IMG/VR virus record: IMGVR_UViG_2806310815_000005
Source of the DNA: an uncultured virus (IMG/VR IMGVR_UViG_2806310815_000005)
Taxonomy: Duplodnaviria; Heunggongvirae; Uroviricota; Caudoviricetes
DNA length: 64,000 bases
Direction: 5' to 3' (one strand)
Shown here: one piece after another, positions 49,647 to 58,833 of the stretch
Layout of the letters: each line of letters starts with the position of its first letter
Position numbering within the stretch: the stretch's first letter is position 1
Position numbers and translations under genes: made by a program
The notes under the pieces: model-generated
Databases searched by the model: none
What the model was told of the DNA's origin: nothing
What the model saw: the letters and a program-made list of their open reading frames with translations, nothing else

Positions 49647-50303
49647 CTATTTTGAGTGGTGATCCAAACACACCATTTCCTTTTTACTTAATAAATACTT
49701 TATTTCTTGATAAGAATAAGGTTTAAATTTTGGATGTGTATCAAAGCCTACGTCCATACTTTTACCAAAAACTTCTGTAAGGCTACCGTGACTATGACCA
49801 AAAAGCATCCAACTCCCCTCATTCTTGTGCATATAATTCCATACTCTAAAAGAGTAGTGAGACATTATTATTCTTTGCTTAAAAGCTTTTACACCTTGTT
49901 TTTTAGAAAACTCTGAAACCTGTAACTCTAGATAATCCTGTACAGAAGAAAAAACATATTTTAACTCATCGCTCTTACGTATCTCACTATCGTGATTTCC
50001 TAATATAAGGTGTATATTTTTACAATTGATTTTTTCTCTAAATTCAATAGTTCCGCTTTTATTTTCACCACTTTTATAATCGCCAAAATTCCAATCACCT
50101 AAACAGAATAAAATGTCATCAACACCAACAGTGTTATTTATGTTATTGACTAGTGTATTGTTATGTTCTTCTAGTGTATCAAAATCTCGACAACCTCGTT
50201 TACCATCCCAAGAAGAAGTGCCTCTGACAATTCCCGCGTGGTTATAGTGAGGGTCTGAACAGAAAAATATATTCTGTTTCGGTGTCAATTGTAATTTAAT
50301 CAT
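49647..50303 (-). CDS. calcineurin-like phosphoesterase
   Basis: SDPHYNH, LGD, GNHD, SHY, GHSHG, DVG; probable start MIKLQL at 50303. Confidence 0.85.
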   Translation of the reverse strand: MIKLQLTPKQNIFFCSDPHYNHAGIVRGTSSWDGKRGCRDFDTLEEHNNTLVNNINNTVGVDDILFCLGDWNFGDYKSGENKSGTIEFREKINCKNIHLILGNHDSEIRKSDELKYVFSSVQDYLELQVSEFSKKQGVKAFKQRIIMSHYSFRVWNYMHKNEGSWMLFGHSHGSLTEVFGKSMDVGFDTHPKFKPYSYQEIKYLLSKKEMVCLDHHSK

Positions 50304-50341
50304 ATCTCTAAAATAATTTCTACAAATATATACCAAATAAA

Positions 50342-50369
50342 AAACCCCTACAACTAAATGTAAGGGTTT
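50342..50369 (-). terminator. terminator overlapping the promoter of the next unit
   Basis: On -: ACCCTTACA-loop-TGTAGGGGT then TTTTT, with TATATTTG at 50324-50331. Confidence 0.7.
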
Positions 50370-50393
50370 AACAGGTTTTTAACTTTTTGGTTT

Positions 50394-50696
50394 TTATTTA
50401 ATCTTAATTTCTGTTGGCGGAGATTTGTCTTTTGTAAATTTAATTTTTAGTAAGCCGTTTTTATATTCGGCTTCTACATCGTCAAAAACAAACTGACAAG
50501 CAACAACATACTTAACCTCACCTTTAACAGAAACAATTAGCTTCTTACCTTCTCTATTAAGAGAGATATCTTCTTTCTCTGTTCCCGCTAAGTTAATATC
50601 AAAAGCCTTCCGTTCCTCATCACTTAAAACGTATTTAAACGGAAATTTTGGATTGAAGAAACTTGAAAGCCAATGTTCATCTTCTGTATAAAACAT
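50394..50696 (-). CDS. small heat-shock (Hsp20/alpha-crystallin-like) protein (100 aa)
   Basis: INLAGTEKEDISL...LIVS...VEAEYKNGLLKIKF...IKIK matches the Hsp20 pattern. Confidence 0.7.
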   Translation of the reverse strand: MFYTEDEHWLSSFFNPKFPFKYVLSDEERKAFDINLAGTEKEDISLNREGKKLIVSVKGEVKYVVACQFVFDDVEAEYKNGLLKIKFTKDKSPPTEIKIK

Positions 50697-50766
50697 ATCT
50701 ATAATAATTTTTAAATTTGTCTAGTATATTTCAATTAATATACCAATTAAATACACTGACTTTATG

Positions 50767-51147
50767 TCAAACCTTTTTAATTTTAGTTATGTACTCTTCC
50801 GATATCCATTTATTAATCTCCGTATAGTATTTTCCGTCCAAAAGAAAAGCTTCTTTAGTAGATATTTCTTCATTGTAATCAACGGTAACTAAGTACTGAT
50901 TGTCTGGATTAAACCTATTTTCAAACCAAATACAGTCTTCTTCTCCACTTTCAATACCTCGCTTAAAATCATCTTCCCTAATAACCCACTCATATAACCT
51001 ATCTCTTTCATCTTTAGAAAGCACATAGAAATATTTGTTAATTACTCTTTGAAAAAACATTGCTCTTGCGATAGGGCGTGGTGGCAAACAGGCGGTGACT
51101 AAGAAACTAAACTCAAAGAAGTCTATATCAAATCTAACATCTCTCAT
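50767..51147 (-). CDS. hypothetical protein (126 aa)
   Basis: ORF track; ATGA overlap. Confidence 0.65.
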   Translation of the reverse strand: MRDVRFDIDFFEFSFLVTACLPPRPIARAMFFQRVINKYFYVLSKDERDRLYEWVIREDDFKRGIESGEEDCIWFENRFNPDNQYLVTVDYNEEISTKEAFLLDGKYYTEINKWISEEYITKIKKV

Positions 51148-51422
51148 AACTCTTCAATTTTATACTCGCTATTTTGTGTCTTAAAATGCTTGTCAGAAAT
51201 AACCTCAACAATAACAGAAGTCATCCACGTATAAAATACAGAAGGATCAACTATACAAGCATACCCAACTTTAGATTGTGAGTGTAGCTTTTTACCTTTT
51301 CCTTCATCATCAAACTCAATAAACTTAATAACACCTGTTTTCTTTAATCCGTCGTTTACTCTAACTAATGTTTGCTTAGTTTGTATATCAATAGGTATCT
51401 TCTTTTGTTCTAATTTACTCAT
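51144..51422 (-). CDS. hypothetical protein (92 aa)
   Basis: ORF track; ATGA overlaps. Confidence 0.65.
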   Translation of the reverse strand: MSKLEQKKIPIDIQTKQTLVRVNDGLKKTGVIKFIEFDDEGKGKKLHSQSKVGYACIVDPSVFYTWMTSVIVEVISDKHFKTQNSEYKIEEL

Positions 51423-51715
51423 AATTGTTCTTTTATACTTTTTAATACATTATCAAATTCTTCTTTTTCAATTATTTCGCCGCGTTTAGAACCATTAAGT
51501 AGAAAATCCGAATAACACTTAGGAATACTACTACTAATCTCAACAACAGACCAAAGAAAAGATTCACACACCTTAATAACCTCTACCTCATCATCAGATA
51601 AAACAGAAATCTTATAATACTCGTCGTCTAACAGATTAAAACATTTAAAATAAACAGTCCCTAACGGAATACCTATTTCTTCTACTACCTGTTTTGAATA
51701 ATTTAGTTTATACAT
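51419..51715 (-). CDS. hypothetical protein (98 aa)
   Basis: ORF track. Confidence 0.6.
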   Translation of the reverse strand: MYKLNYSKQVVEEIGIPLGTVYFKCFNLLDDEYYKISVLSDDEVEVIKVCESFLWSVVEISSSIPKCYSDFLLNGSKRGEIIEKEEFDNVLKSIKEQL

Positions 51716-51718
51716 AGC

Positions 51719-51880
51719 CTAAAACTTTAAAGGAGCGTGAGCCAAATTACTAAAATCTACATCTGAATAAGCAATACTCTCTCCTTTTTGTATTCTATCT
51801 AAATTTTCAGAATACATATCAAATGCTTCTATCATTCTTCTATTCATTTCTGCCTGTAATTCCGCGTGATAATTATCCAT
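51719..51880 (-). CDS. small hypothetical protein (53 aa)
   Basis: MDNYHAELQAEMNRR...PLKF* read directly; fills the gap. Confidence 0.5.
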   Translation of the reverse strand: MDNYHAELQAEMNRRMIEAFDMYSENLDRIQKGESIAYSDVDFSNLAHAPLKF

Positions 51881-51883
51881 AAT

Positions 51884-52072
51884 TTATCTATATTTAAATT
51901 CTACTCTTTCTATATCGTGAATAAACTCTCCTTTATTTAATAAACCCTCAGACCTAAGAATATCTTCTAATTTATAAATAGGTAAAGTATACACTCTATC
52001 TGTTCTCTCATCAAACTCTTCATCTGTCCAATCAGAATTATCTACCTGATATTTAATTTCAATTGTTTTCAT
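51884..52072 (-). CDS. hypothetical protein (62 aa)
   Basis: ORF track. Confidence 0.55.
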   Translation of the reverse strand: MKTIEIKYQVDNSDWTDEEFDERTDRVYTLPIYKLEDILRSEGLLNKGEFIHDIERVEFKYR

Positions 52073-52388
52073 TACTTACATTTAATATAATACGTTCTTT
52101 TCTGCTCTTGCTCCACTCAAATAAACAGGGGATAAAATAAAAACTAAGTTGATCTTTTTCTAAAATACTTGACGGCACATAAACGCCTTTTTCTAACGAG
52201 GGTAAAAAACTTTCTATCTTAACAACACAGTCTTTAGACATATTATCATATTCTTCTTCAGTAGAAGCTATAAGATACCAATTATTAGTGTACATATGAT
52301 AGTAGCAACCCCTTTCTTTTAGATTAAACAGTAAGTGATATACTCCGTTTGGTAATACTTCCACCCAATAATCGTCTACATATTTCAT
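52059..52388 (-). CDS. hypothetical protein (109 aa)
   Basis: ORF track; upstream TATATTTG near 52457-52464. Confidence 0.6.
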   Translation of the reverse strand: MKYVDDYWVEVLPNGVYHLLFNLKERGCYYHMYTNNWYLIASTEEEYDNMSKDCVVKIESFLPSLEKGVYVPSSILEKDQLSFYFIPCLFEWSKSRKERIILNVSNENN

Positions 52389-52491
52389 TTTTATTTAATT
52401 TATTTGTTAGTAAAAATACGCCGCTAAAAACAAACAGCAGAAAAATTCAACAATACAAATATACAGCACTACAAACCAAAATACAAAGTGT

Positions 52492-53679
52492 TTAAGATAA
52501 GTTTAACGTTTCAATTATTTCTTCTACGGGTAAGTCTAAGGTGTAGCATTCTGTGTACCCGTCAAATTGCTCAAATGGAATATATTTATAAGAATAAAAT
52601 TTTCTATGTAATAGTATCTCTGTGTCAAAAGCTGTACCTGCATCAAATGAACAAGTGAATACCTCTTTATATTCAAAATATTTACTATATATGTTAGGTC
52701 TAAATCTTTTCTTCAGCCCTTTGTAAGTTTTACCTATTTTATAAAATTCTTCATTCTTATTCCAACATCTAATTAAATATACTATAGCAGGTCTCCCTTT
52801 TGCGCCGTTCACATAAGATGTTCTAGGGTATCCTCCGTTTTCAATACCGCATTGAGGGCATCCGTACCCAGTTAAGTGATCGTTAGGTGTTATTTTAAAG
52901 TATTCTTTATGAATTTTACAATAAATGTCCCCCTTTGTTTTCGCTGTTTTATACTCAAACTTATCATAAATAGATTCATCTGTACCTAATCTTTTCATAG
53001 CTTTTTTGACGAAATCCTCTTTATTAGAAGTTAAAGCTTCTCCTCTTCTGTCTTCCCAACAGAGTCCACACCCCTGACCATTAAGTAACCAATTAGGTTT
53101 AATTCTAAGTTCTCCGTGCTTTCTACATCTAATATTACAGTATTTTAGTGCACCTTTGTAAGTAAAATCACTAAAATCAATTGAATTTTTCCAACCTTCA
53201 CGTTCTCTGTATTTATTTATAAAATATAGAGAGGGAAAACAAGCCGCTTTTATAGTAAAATCAGATTTAGATAAAAGAGAAGCTCCGTTGATAAGAAGTA
53301 TGCCATATTTATCTTGAATGTATATTTTTTGGTCTTTTAAGGCTTTATCTTTTAACTCTCTAGTTAAGATTTTTATGTCAGGGTGAGTCTCTTTAACTTT
53401 CTCTACTAATTCGACATAACTGATCCTCTTACTTTTGTGTGAATTATCCATACCGCACTGAAAACAACCTTTATTAGAAGATAGATGATTGTAAAAAGTA
53501 GTTTCTAATTTACCGTGTACGGGGCAGATTATAGTTACAGGGGACTTTTTTAAAGGTAATTCTTTTATTAAAGAGTAATCAAAGAAATCACCAAATTTTT
53601 CAATTGACTTATTAACATAATAATCTCTTCGCTCTTTAAAATTAAACCCTATAGTAGGATTGTGTCTACTTTTACTCAT
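52492..53679 (-). CDS. putative homing endonuclease: repeated Zn-ribbon modules plus C-terminal GIY-YIG-like domain
   Basis: Three CxxH...CxxC units (CPVH/CFQC, CRKH/CGLC, CKIH/CPQC), then VYLIRC..YKIGKT...E..LH...GYTECY. Probable start ATG 53679; the track GTG lies inside the leader hairpin. Confidence 0.75.
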   Translation of the reverse strand: MSKSRHNPTIGFNFKERRDYYVNKSIEKFGDFFDYSLIKELPLKKSPVTIICPVHGKLETTFYNHLSSNKGCFQCGMDNSHKSKRISYVELVEKVKETHPDIKILTRELKDKALKDQKIYIQDKYGILLINGASLLSKSDFTIKAACFPSLYFINKYREREGWKNSIDFSDFTYKGALKYCNIRCRKHGELRIKPNWLLNGQGCGLCWEDRRGEALTSNKEDFVKKAMKRLGTDESIYDKFEYKTAKTKGDIYCKIHKEYFKITPNDHLTGYGCPQCGIENGGYPRTSYVNGAKGRPAIVYLIRCWNKNEEFYKIGKTYKGLKKRFRPNIYSKYFEYKEVFTCSFDAGTAFDTEILLHRKFYSYKYIPFEQFDGYTECYTLDLPVEEIIETLNLS

Positions 53680-53689
53680 AAATAAAAAT

Positions 53690-53770
53690 CCCGTCACTTA
53701 TCATCTGCATCTCACCTCAGAATCAAAGCAACGGGTATTTTGTTAGTGCGTATTAAAGTGAGATGACGCA
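53690..53770 (-). ncRNA. putative structured leader RNA (two hairpins with complementary loops)
   Basis: On -: TGCGT[CATCTCACTTTAAT]ACGCA, then CCCGTTGCTT..TCTG[AGGTGAGATG]CAGA..AAGTGACGGG; loops CATCTCAC and GTGAGATG are complementary. Confidence 0.6.
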
Positions 53771-53777
53771 ATTAAAG

Positions 53778-53817
53778 TACAAATATAAAACAAACTTTTG
53801 AATTATGCAAATTTATT
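53778..53817 (-). promoter_or_regulatory. promoter AATAAATTTG-N13-TTTGTTTTATATTTGTA
   Basis: Same arrangement as 43940-43979; Bacteroidota consensus. Confidence 0.7.
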
Positions 53818-53822
53818 TTTAA

Positions 53823-55817
53823 TTAATGTACCTCTGCGTATGAATTACCTATTTTATAATCTATACCTACAGGCACTTTAAGTTTCAACTGTCTGTTCAC
53901 CATATCAATAGCTTTCTTTAACTTTTCAACAATTAAATCACAATCCTCTGGTTTACAGCAAGTTATAATTTCATCGTGGAAACCTCCATATAATGTAACA
54001 CCCAAACCCATAAGATTATGTTGCCAGAGTGTAAATATATAATCTCCTGCACCTTGGTTTACGGTGCTGAAAATATCGCGCTCTGAGCGGAGACTATAAA
54101 AGTAACCATTTAAAGGGTTTTTAACCCACAACTGACCATTCGATTCCTTTGTTTCACAAGACTCAGAAAAAACACGAACACAGTTATTTTTAACCCAATA
54201 TGCATCTATTAGATTAGCTGCTTCTTTTGCAGGTATACCTAAATCCTCCCCTAGTTTAACTTTTCCAATACCGTACATACTGCTGTAGTTAGTCACTTTG
54301 CCTGCCGCCCTCTTTTTATCTAATTTATCGTGAAATTCATTCTTTTCTTCGTCTGTTTTATAGGAATTTAGTATAATTTGAAAATCTTCTGGTATTTCTC
54401 CTATCTCCTTAAAAGTGATGTCAGGATTTTTTCTTTTCTCTTTCCACCACTTATAAAAGAACACCTCTGCCTCTGTCATCATATTTGCAATTTGTGCAAT
54501 CTCTAAATGCGGATCGTAAAAAGGATGAGACTGATCTTCAACAAATTTTCTGTCTATGTCAAATACAAAGTTATTTCTAGTAACACTCTCTAGAGCACTG
54601 AGATCCGACCCCACCATAACATAACCTTCGGGAGGTAGAAGTAAACTACGTACATACTCCCCATAAGGAGCAGAAGGTTTAATAAGATTTACTAAAGTTC
54701 TGTGTTTTATCCTTAAAGTATTTGTAAATCCTCCTATATCAGCCACTATCTTATTGCCTCTAATCTTATCCCTTAGAAATCCTACAAAGTACCCTCTACG
54801 GTGCTGTAATAAGCTTAAATCAGACAGTCCTTTTATCTCTGGAACTTCTTCAACTAATTTTAATATTGATTTACATAAATCTTTGTTTTTATCTTTTAGT
54901 TGAGGCACTTTTCCGTTTGCGCCGTCCTTGTAGATACGAGGCTTCCAATTTAGCGAGAATAACCAAGATTTAACTTGTGAAGTGCTTTGAGGATTAGGCT
55001 CGTCGTACCTTACAACCTCTTCTAATTCTCCCTCGTAGTCTTCATCAACACCATAGTGTTCAGCTATTTTCAACCACCTTTCACCAGCAACAGAGGGAGT
55101 TCCGTCTTTTTTATAAATAGACTTTGGACGCTTTCTTTTGGCTACGACGGGGACTTTAGGCATTACTTTTTTCAACTCTTCTACTATTTCTTCTATAAGC
55201 TTATCAAACAGTTCTAAATTAGCTTGACAAGTTTCAATATCTAAAGTTAAAGGGTTGTCTTGGTGCATTTTATAGACCTTGCCTTTTGTCATAAGAAATC
55301 TTAGCAATGATTCTATGCGATTGTCATCATTGTTGTACAAATCTCTTAATAACTTTAGGTGTTTAAACCAAGTGTTTGTGTTAATCTTACAGTCTTCTGT
55401 AACCCTATTTACATACTCTTCATAAGATAGATTTTCCCAATCATCTATTTTTGGCTTAGGAACATTAAATTCCTCTCCATAATCTGAAAGCCCATATTTT
55501 ATTCTGTTTGGTTCAATGTACCAAGCCACTAACAATGAATCTACTATTGTGGCTTTTATCTGTATACCCTTAAATATTTTCTCAAGACTAGGGATATCAA
55601 ACATATAGAAATTATGACCCACTATTGTGTTATTGGGGTCTTCAAATACCTTTTTTACATCTTCTTTTTTGTTGGTAGTTTTAACAGACCAACCATCTTT
55701 TGTTTTATAAGCAATACCTAGAACGTGAAGATCAGACTCAACCCCTTTAATATCTTCTAAGAACCCTTTTGTCTCAATATCCCCTATTAGAGGTGTATCT
55801 AAGTCTATCTTACTCAT
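53823..55817 (-). CDS. polA: DNA polymerase family A (T7-like) with 3'-5' exonuclease (664 aa)
   Basis: Exo DIET, GHN..FD; motif A GSDLSALE; motif B RAAGKVTNYSSMYG; motif C FHDEI. Confidence 0.93.
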   Translation of the reverse strand: MSKIDLDTPLIGDIETKGFLEDIKGVESDLHVLGIAYKTKDGWSVKTTNKKEDVKKVFEDPNNTIVGHNFYMFDIPSLEKIFKGIQIKATIVDSLLVAWYIEPNRIKYGLSDYGEEFNVPKPKIDDWENLSYEEYVNRVTEDCKINTNTWFKHLKLLRDLYNNDDNRIESLLRFLMTKGKVYKMHQDNPLTLDIETCQANLELFDKLIEEIVEELKKVMPKVPVVAKRKRPKSIYKKDGTPSVAGERWLKIAEHYGVDEDYEGELEEVVRYDEPNPQSTSQVKSWLFSLNWKPRIYKDGANGKVPQLKDKNKDLCKSILKLVEEVPEIKGLSDLSLLQHRRGYFVGFLRDKIRGNKIVADIGGFTNTLRIKHRTLVNLIKPSAPYGEYVRSLLLPPEGYVMVGSDLSALESVTRNNFVFDIDRKFVEDQSHPFYDPHLEIAQIANMMTEAEVFFYKWWKEKRKNPDITFKEIGEIPEDFQIILNSYKTDEEKNEFHDKLDKKRAAGKVTNYSSMYGIGKVKLGEDLGIPAKEAANLIDAYWVKNNCVRVFSESCETKESNGQLWVKNPLNGYFYSLRSERDIFSTVNQGAGDYIFTLWQHNLMGLGVTLYGGFHDEIITCCKPEDCDLIVEKLKKAIDMVNRQLKLKVPVGIDYKIGNSYAEVH

Positions 55818-55864
55818 AATCTAATTAAATTTTTCTGTTGTTAATCTCTATTTTTGCGGCTATT

Positions 55865-56059
55865 TTATACAAACATAAAAGGAGATTTTTCATATTCTTG
55901 TAATTCAAATCCTATTTTCACTTTATTTTTGAGTCTACTGCTTAAAGATTCCCAATCTCCATAATTTATTAAGGTGTTTGGGGTTACATACCCATAATCA
56001 AAAAGTATATTGTATAATTCGTGTTTTTCTTCTTCGTTAAGTTTATTCCATTTTTCCAT
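55865..56059 (-). CDS. hypothetical protein (64 aa)
   Basis: ORF track. Confidence 0.55.
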   Translation of the reverse strand: MEKWNKLNEEEKHELYNILFDYGYVTPNTLINYGDWESLSSRLKNKVKIGFELQEYEKSPFMFV

Positions 56060-56082
56060 AATCTATTTTTTACACACCAAAT

Positions 56083-56277
56083 TTACAAACGAAAATCGAA
56101 TTCCACATAACCTATTAAGTTAAAATTAGGTTTTAGGTTATCTATAAATTCTTGCATATCCAAATCTTGACCATTATAATAACGTCTACTGTAAATACTT
56201 TTGTGCTTATTTACTATTTTTGTAAAGTCTTTTTCTTCTACTTTGTATACAGCATCTTCTAGTGTTATTAATCTCAT
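56083..56277 (-). CDS. hypothetical protein (64 aa)
   Basis: ORF track; ATGA overlap. Confidence 0.55.
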   Translation of the reverse strand: MRLITLEDAVYKVEEKDFTKIVNKHKSIYSRRYYNGQDLDMQEFIDNLKPNFNLIGYVEFDFRL

Positions 56278-56507
56278 AATTTATAATTTTGATAGTCAAT
56301 CCAAGTATTTAATTTATCTAAAGATTCTTCATATTGTTTAAAATAACGTTCATTATCCTTTCTCCATTTGTTATAAGCCTCCTCCTTAGTGTAGTTTAAA
56401 AGGAGTGTGTAGGAAGGGTCAAAAATTGGTGGGAAAGCTATATAAAAATTGTAAATATTATAACCTTTGTCTTCAAACTTTTCTCTTACCTGATCATATG
56501 TTATCAT
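56274..56507 (-). CDS. hypothetical protein (77 aa)
   Basis: ORF track. Confidence 0.55.
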   Translation of the reverse strand: MITYDQVREKFEDKGYNIYNFYIAFPPIFDPSYTLLLNYTKEEAYNKWRKDNERYFKQYEESLDKLNTWIDYQNYKL

Positions 56508-56509
56508 AA

Positions 56510-56935
56510 CTATATAGTATTTATATCAACCGCTAAACCCTCTCCTATCAAACCAAACACATCAAAGTGATTTTTAAATAGAAACCGAATATCTCTATAC
56601 ATAATACCACCCATAAGCTCTTCTCTATTATTATGGGGTAGTTTTGCAACATCATCTAAGTATAAAATAGCCTCTTTATTTAAACTATACATTTTAAACT
56701 CTTCTTTTTTAAGATCAGAAATTGGTCTTAATATTGGGTAGATTTCAGAATAAATAAATTCTTCAGTTACTGTTCTCCCTATTTCGTGTATTTCTACATA
56801 GTTAATATCTAAACCAACAATTTCAAATTCTTTTGGTATAATAGGGTCGGAATAATCATCGATATTCTCCCCCTCAGCAAAACATTTTAACCTATAACGC
56901 AAATAAGGTGTTAGGTATCTTAATTCTAGTTCCAT
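56510..56935 (-). CDS. Bacteroidota-phage-type hypothetical protein
   Basis: YLTPYLRY...PILRPISDL...HFDVFGLI pattern; probable start MELEL at 56935. Confidence 0.65.
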   Translation of the reverse strand: MELELRYLTPYLRYRLKCFAEGENIDDYSDPIIPKEFEIVGLDINYVEIHEIGRTVTEEFIYSEIYPILRPISDLKKEEFKMYSLNKEAILYLDDVAKLPHNNREELMGGIMYRDIRFLFKNHFDVFGLIGEGLAVDINTI

Positions 56936-56939
56936 AATT

Positions 56940-58016
56940 TTATTCTTTTTTCTCTCTTGCAAATATATGAATTCCTTGTGATATCTCTACTTTAAATTTC
57001 GTTAAATTTGAAAAAAGGTAGTATTTTCTCTCTCTTTTCTGTCTGTTTTGCTCTTTTTCGGCGATTTCTTCTGGTTTTTTATCTTGATGCTTTTTAAGGT
57101 ATAGTGGAGCTTGCATTCCTTTATTCAGCATAGTTACACTAGTCTTTTTGTATGTATCCGCTTTTGCAGATAAATAAGGCGATTCATCAATCCACTTAAA
57201 CATATAATTTTCCATCTCATCATAAGTTATATATCCGCTCGAAACGAAACCTCCTCCAATCAACGAACTCGCCAAAATATTTTGATGGCCTACCTGCTCT
57301 TCATCAGCCTTTTTGATTATATTGTAAACCCTTTTAAGAACTTCTTTCTTATCTTCGTCTGTTACATCTTCTATCTCTTCAAATTCTCCCGTGTATTCTT
57401 CAAACTCGTCATACTTACCTCCACGTTGAGTCCAAGTTTCAGGATTTTCTCGCCACTTAATGTTTTCGTCCCAACTGAGAAAGAGGGGTAATGTAGCATT
57501 CTTTCCACTTTGATCAAAAGACTTAACGTATTCCATATGGTAACACATAGCGTGGAAATAGGATTTGAATTCATCCGTTGAGGCGACTTGAGGTATACGC
57601 ACCAAAGCCTTAACTCCATTTGCGCTAGGACTTTTGTATGCACATATTATGCATCTATACTTCTCAAATAGTTTATCTCTAAACTCATCAGCATCAATAG
57701 GTATATGATCAAAATCCCAAATACAAATTCCAGTGAAACCATCCTCTTTTTTAATATTCTCATAAGACCGCCCCTTACCATCTAAATTAACACAAGGAGT
57801 AAAATAGAACAGATTTTCTTGTTTTAGCTTACCTTTTGTTTCCCAATCTTGTTTTTTCTCTGCCTCGGCAATTTTATTAAATACCTCTTTTATCTCAGGT
57901 TTTGGGTTTTTATGAGACTCAATAAACTGACGAAGGGTGATTTTACCTAATGGTTGGCATTTGTAAATTTTACCTGGAAAGTAATCTATTTTTATATCGT
58001 CTAAAATACTACTCAT
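56940..58016 (-). CDS. primase/PrimPol-like protein with BT4734/VirE N-terminal-like domain (358 aa)
   Basis: K..L.YFTP, IWDFDH, SPSANGVKALV, FDQSGKN..LSWD; lies between polymerase and helicase genes. Confidence 0.75.
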   Translation of the reverse strand: MSSILDDIKIDYFPGKIYKCQPLGKITLRQFIESHKNPKPEIKEVFNKIAEAEKKQDWETKGKLKQENLFYFTPCVNLDGKGRSYENIKKEDGFTGICIWDFDHIPIDADEFRDKLFEKYRCIICAYKSPSANGVKALVRIPQVASTDEFKSYFHAMCYHMEYVKSFDQSGKNATLPLFLSWDENIKWRENPETWTQRGGKYDEFEEYTGEFEEIEDVTDEDKKEVLKRVYNIIKKADEEQVGHQNILASSLIGGGFVSSGYITYDEMENYMFKWIDESPYLSAKADTYKKTSVTMLNKGMQAPLYLKKHQDKKPEEIAEKEQNRQKRERKYYLFSNLTKFKVEISQGIHIFAREKKE

Positions 58017-58036
58017 ATTGTCTAAATATTCTTTTA

Positions 58037-58423
58037 TTATCCTCTAAAATCACTTGTTAATCTTACCCACCAAGAGAGTTGTTTCCCTAGGTGTTTTCTA
58101 TAATTTGTAAATATGTCGTGAATATCCCACATTTCTTCATCTCTTATCCATTTAATAAAATAGTAATCATAGCACCTTGTCCATTGACCTAAAGTGTTAT
58201 CTTTAAATCTACCTTTATTGTAATTTACAAAATGTATCACAGGACAATTCCTGTCTATATAAACACACATTGCTAATTTACTATGTTTATTTTTCTTGGC
58301 ATAATGAACACTATTGTCGTGACATCTAAAATTCATTTTTATTTTACCAGGTTCAACCGTTATTTGATCAAAATTAGAGGTAACATATTCCATTATTTGC
58401 TGTCTTGCTTTTTTGTTACTCAT
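58037..58423 (-). CDS. hypothetical protein (128 aa)
   Basis: ORF track; ATGA overlap. Confidence 0.6.
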   Translation of the reverse strand: MSNKKARQQIMEYVTSNFDQITVEPGKIKMNFRCHDNSVHYAKKNKHSKLAMCVYIDRNCPVIHFVNYNKGRFKDNTLGQWTRCYDYYFIKWIRDEEMWDIHDIFTNYRKHLGKQLSWWVRLTSDFRG

Positions 58424-58833
58424 AGTAAACCTTTAATTTTACCTAAGATACTCTCCTTATTCTTATTATATAACCAAGTATTCCTTTTTGAGGGGTGAAT
58501 TACAAATACCATTTTCTTATCTATATTTTTATTTTTTAAGAAATCTCTGGCAACACCTCCTAAAACAAGAATAGACTTCGAGTTTTCAACCTTTTCCTTT
58601 AAACTTCTTTCCCAATACTCTTCCATTTGCTCATTTGATGGTTTTTTATGACCACCACCCGAAGCAAATCCTGGAAACTTATCATAAACAGCATCAAAAT
58701 CAAACAAATCTTGTGCTTTTCCTTTGCTAATACCTAATTCTTCAAACCAATCATAAAGTTGAGTGGTATCGTAAGGTAATCCTTGTTTTACAGCAGGTGG
58801 AGCTTGTCCAATAATTAAAATCTTTTTATCCAT
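58420..58833 (-). CDS. uracil-DNA glycosylase-like fold protein (137 aa)
   Basis: ILIIGQAP (motif A), LVLG..A, HPS (motif B). Confidence 0.7.
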   Translation of the reverse strand: MDKKILIIGQAPPAVKQGLPYDTTQLYDWFEELGISKGKAQDLFDFDAVYDKFPGFASGGGHKKPSNEQMEEYWERSLKEKVENSKSILVLGGVARDFLKNKNIDKKMVFVIHPSKRNTWLYNKNKESILGKIKGLL

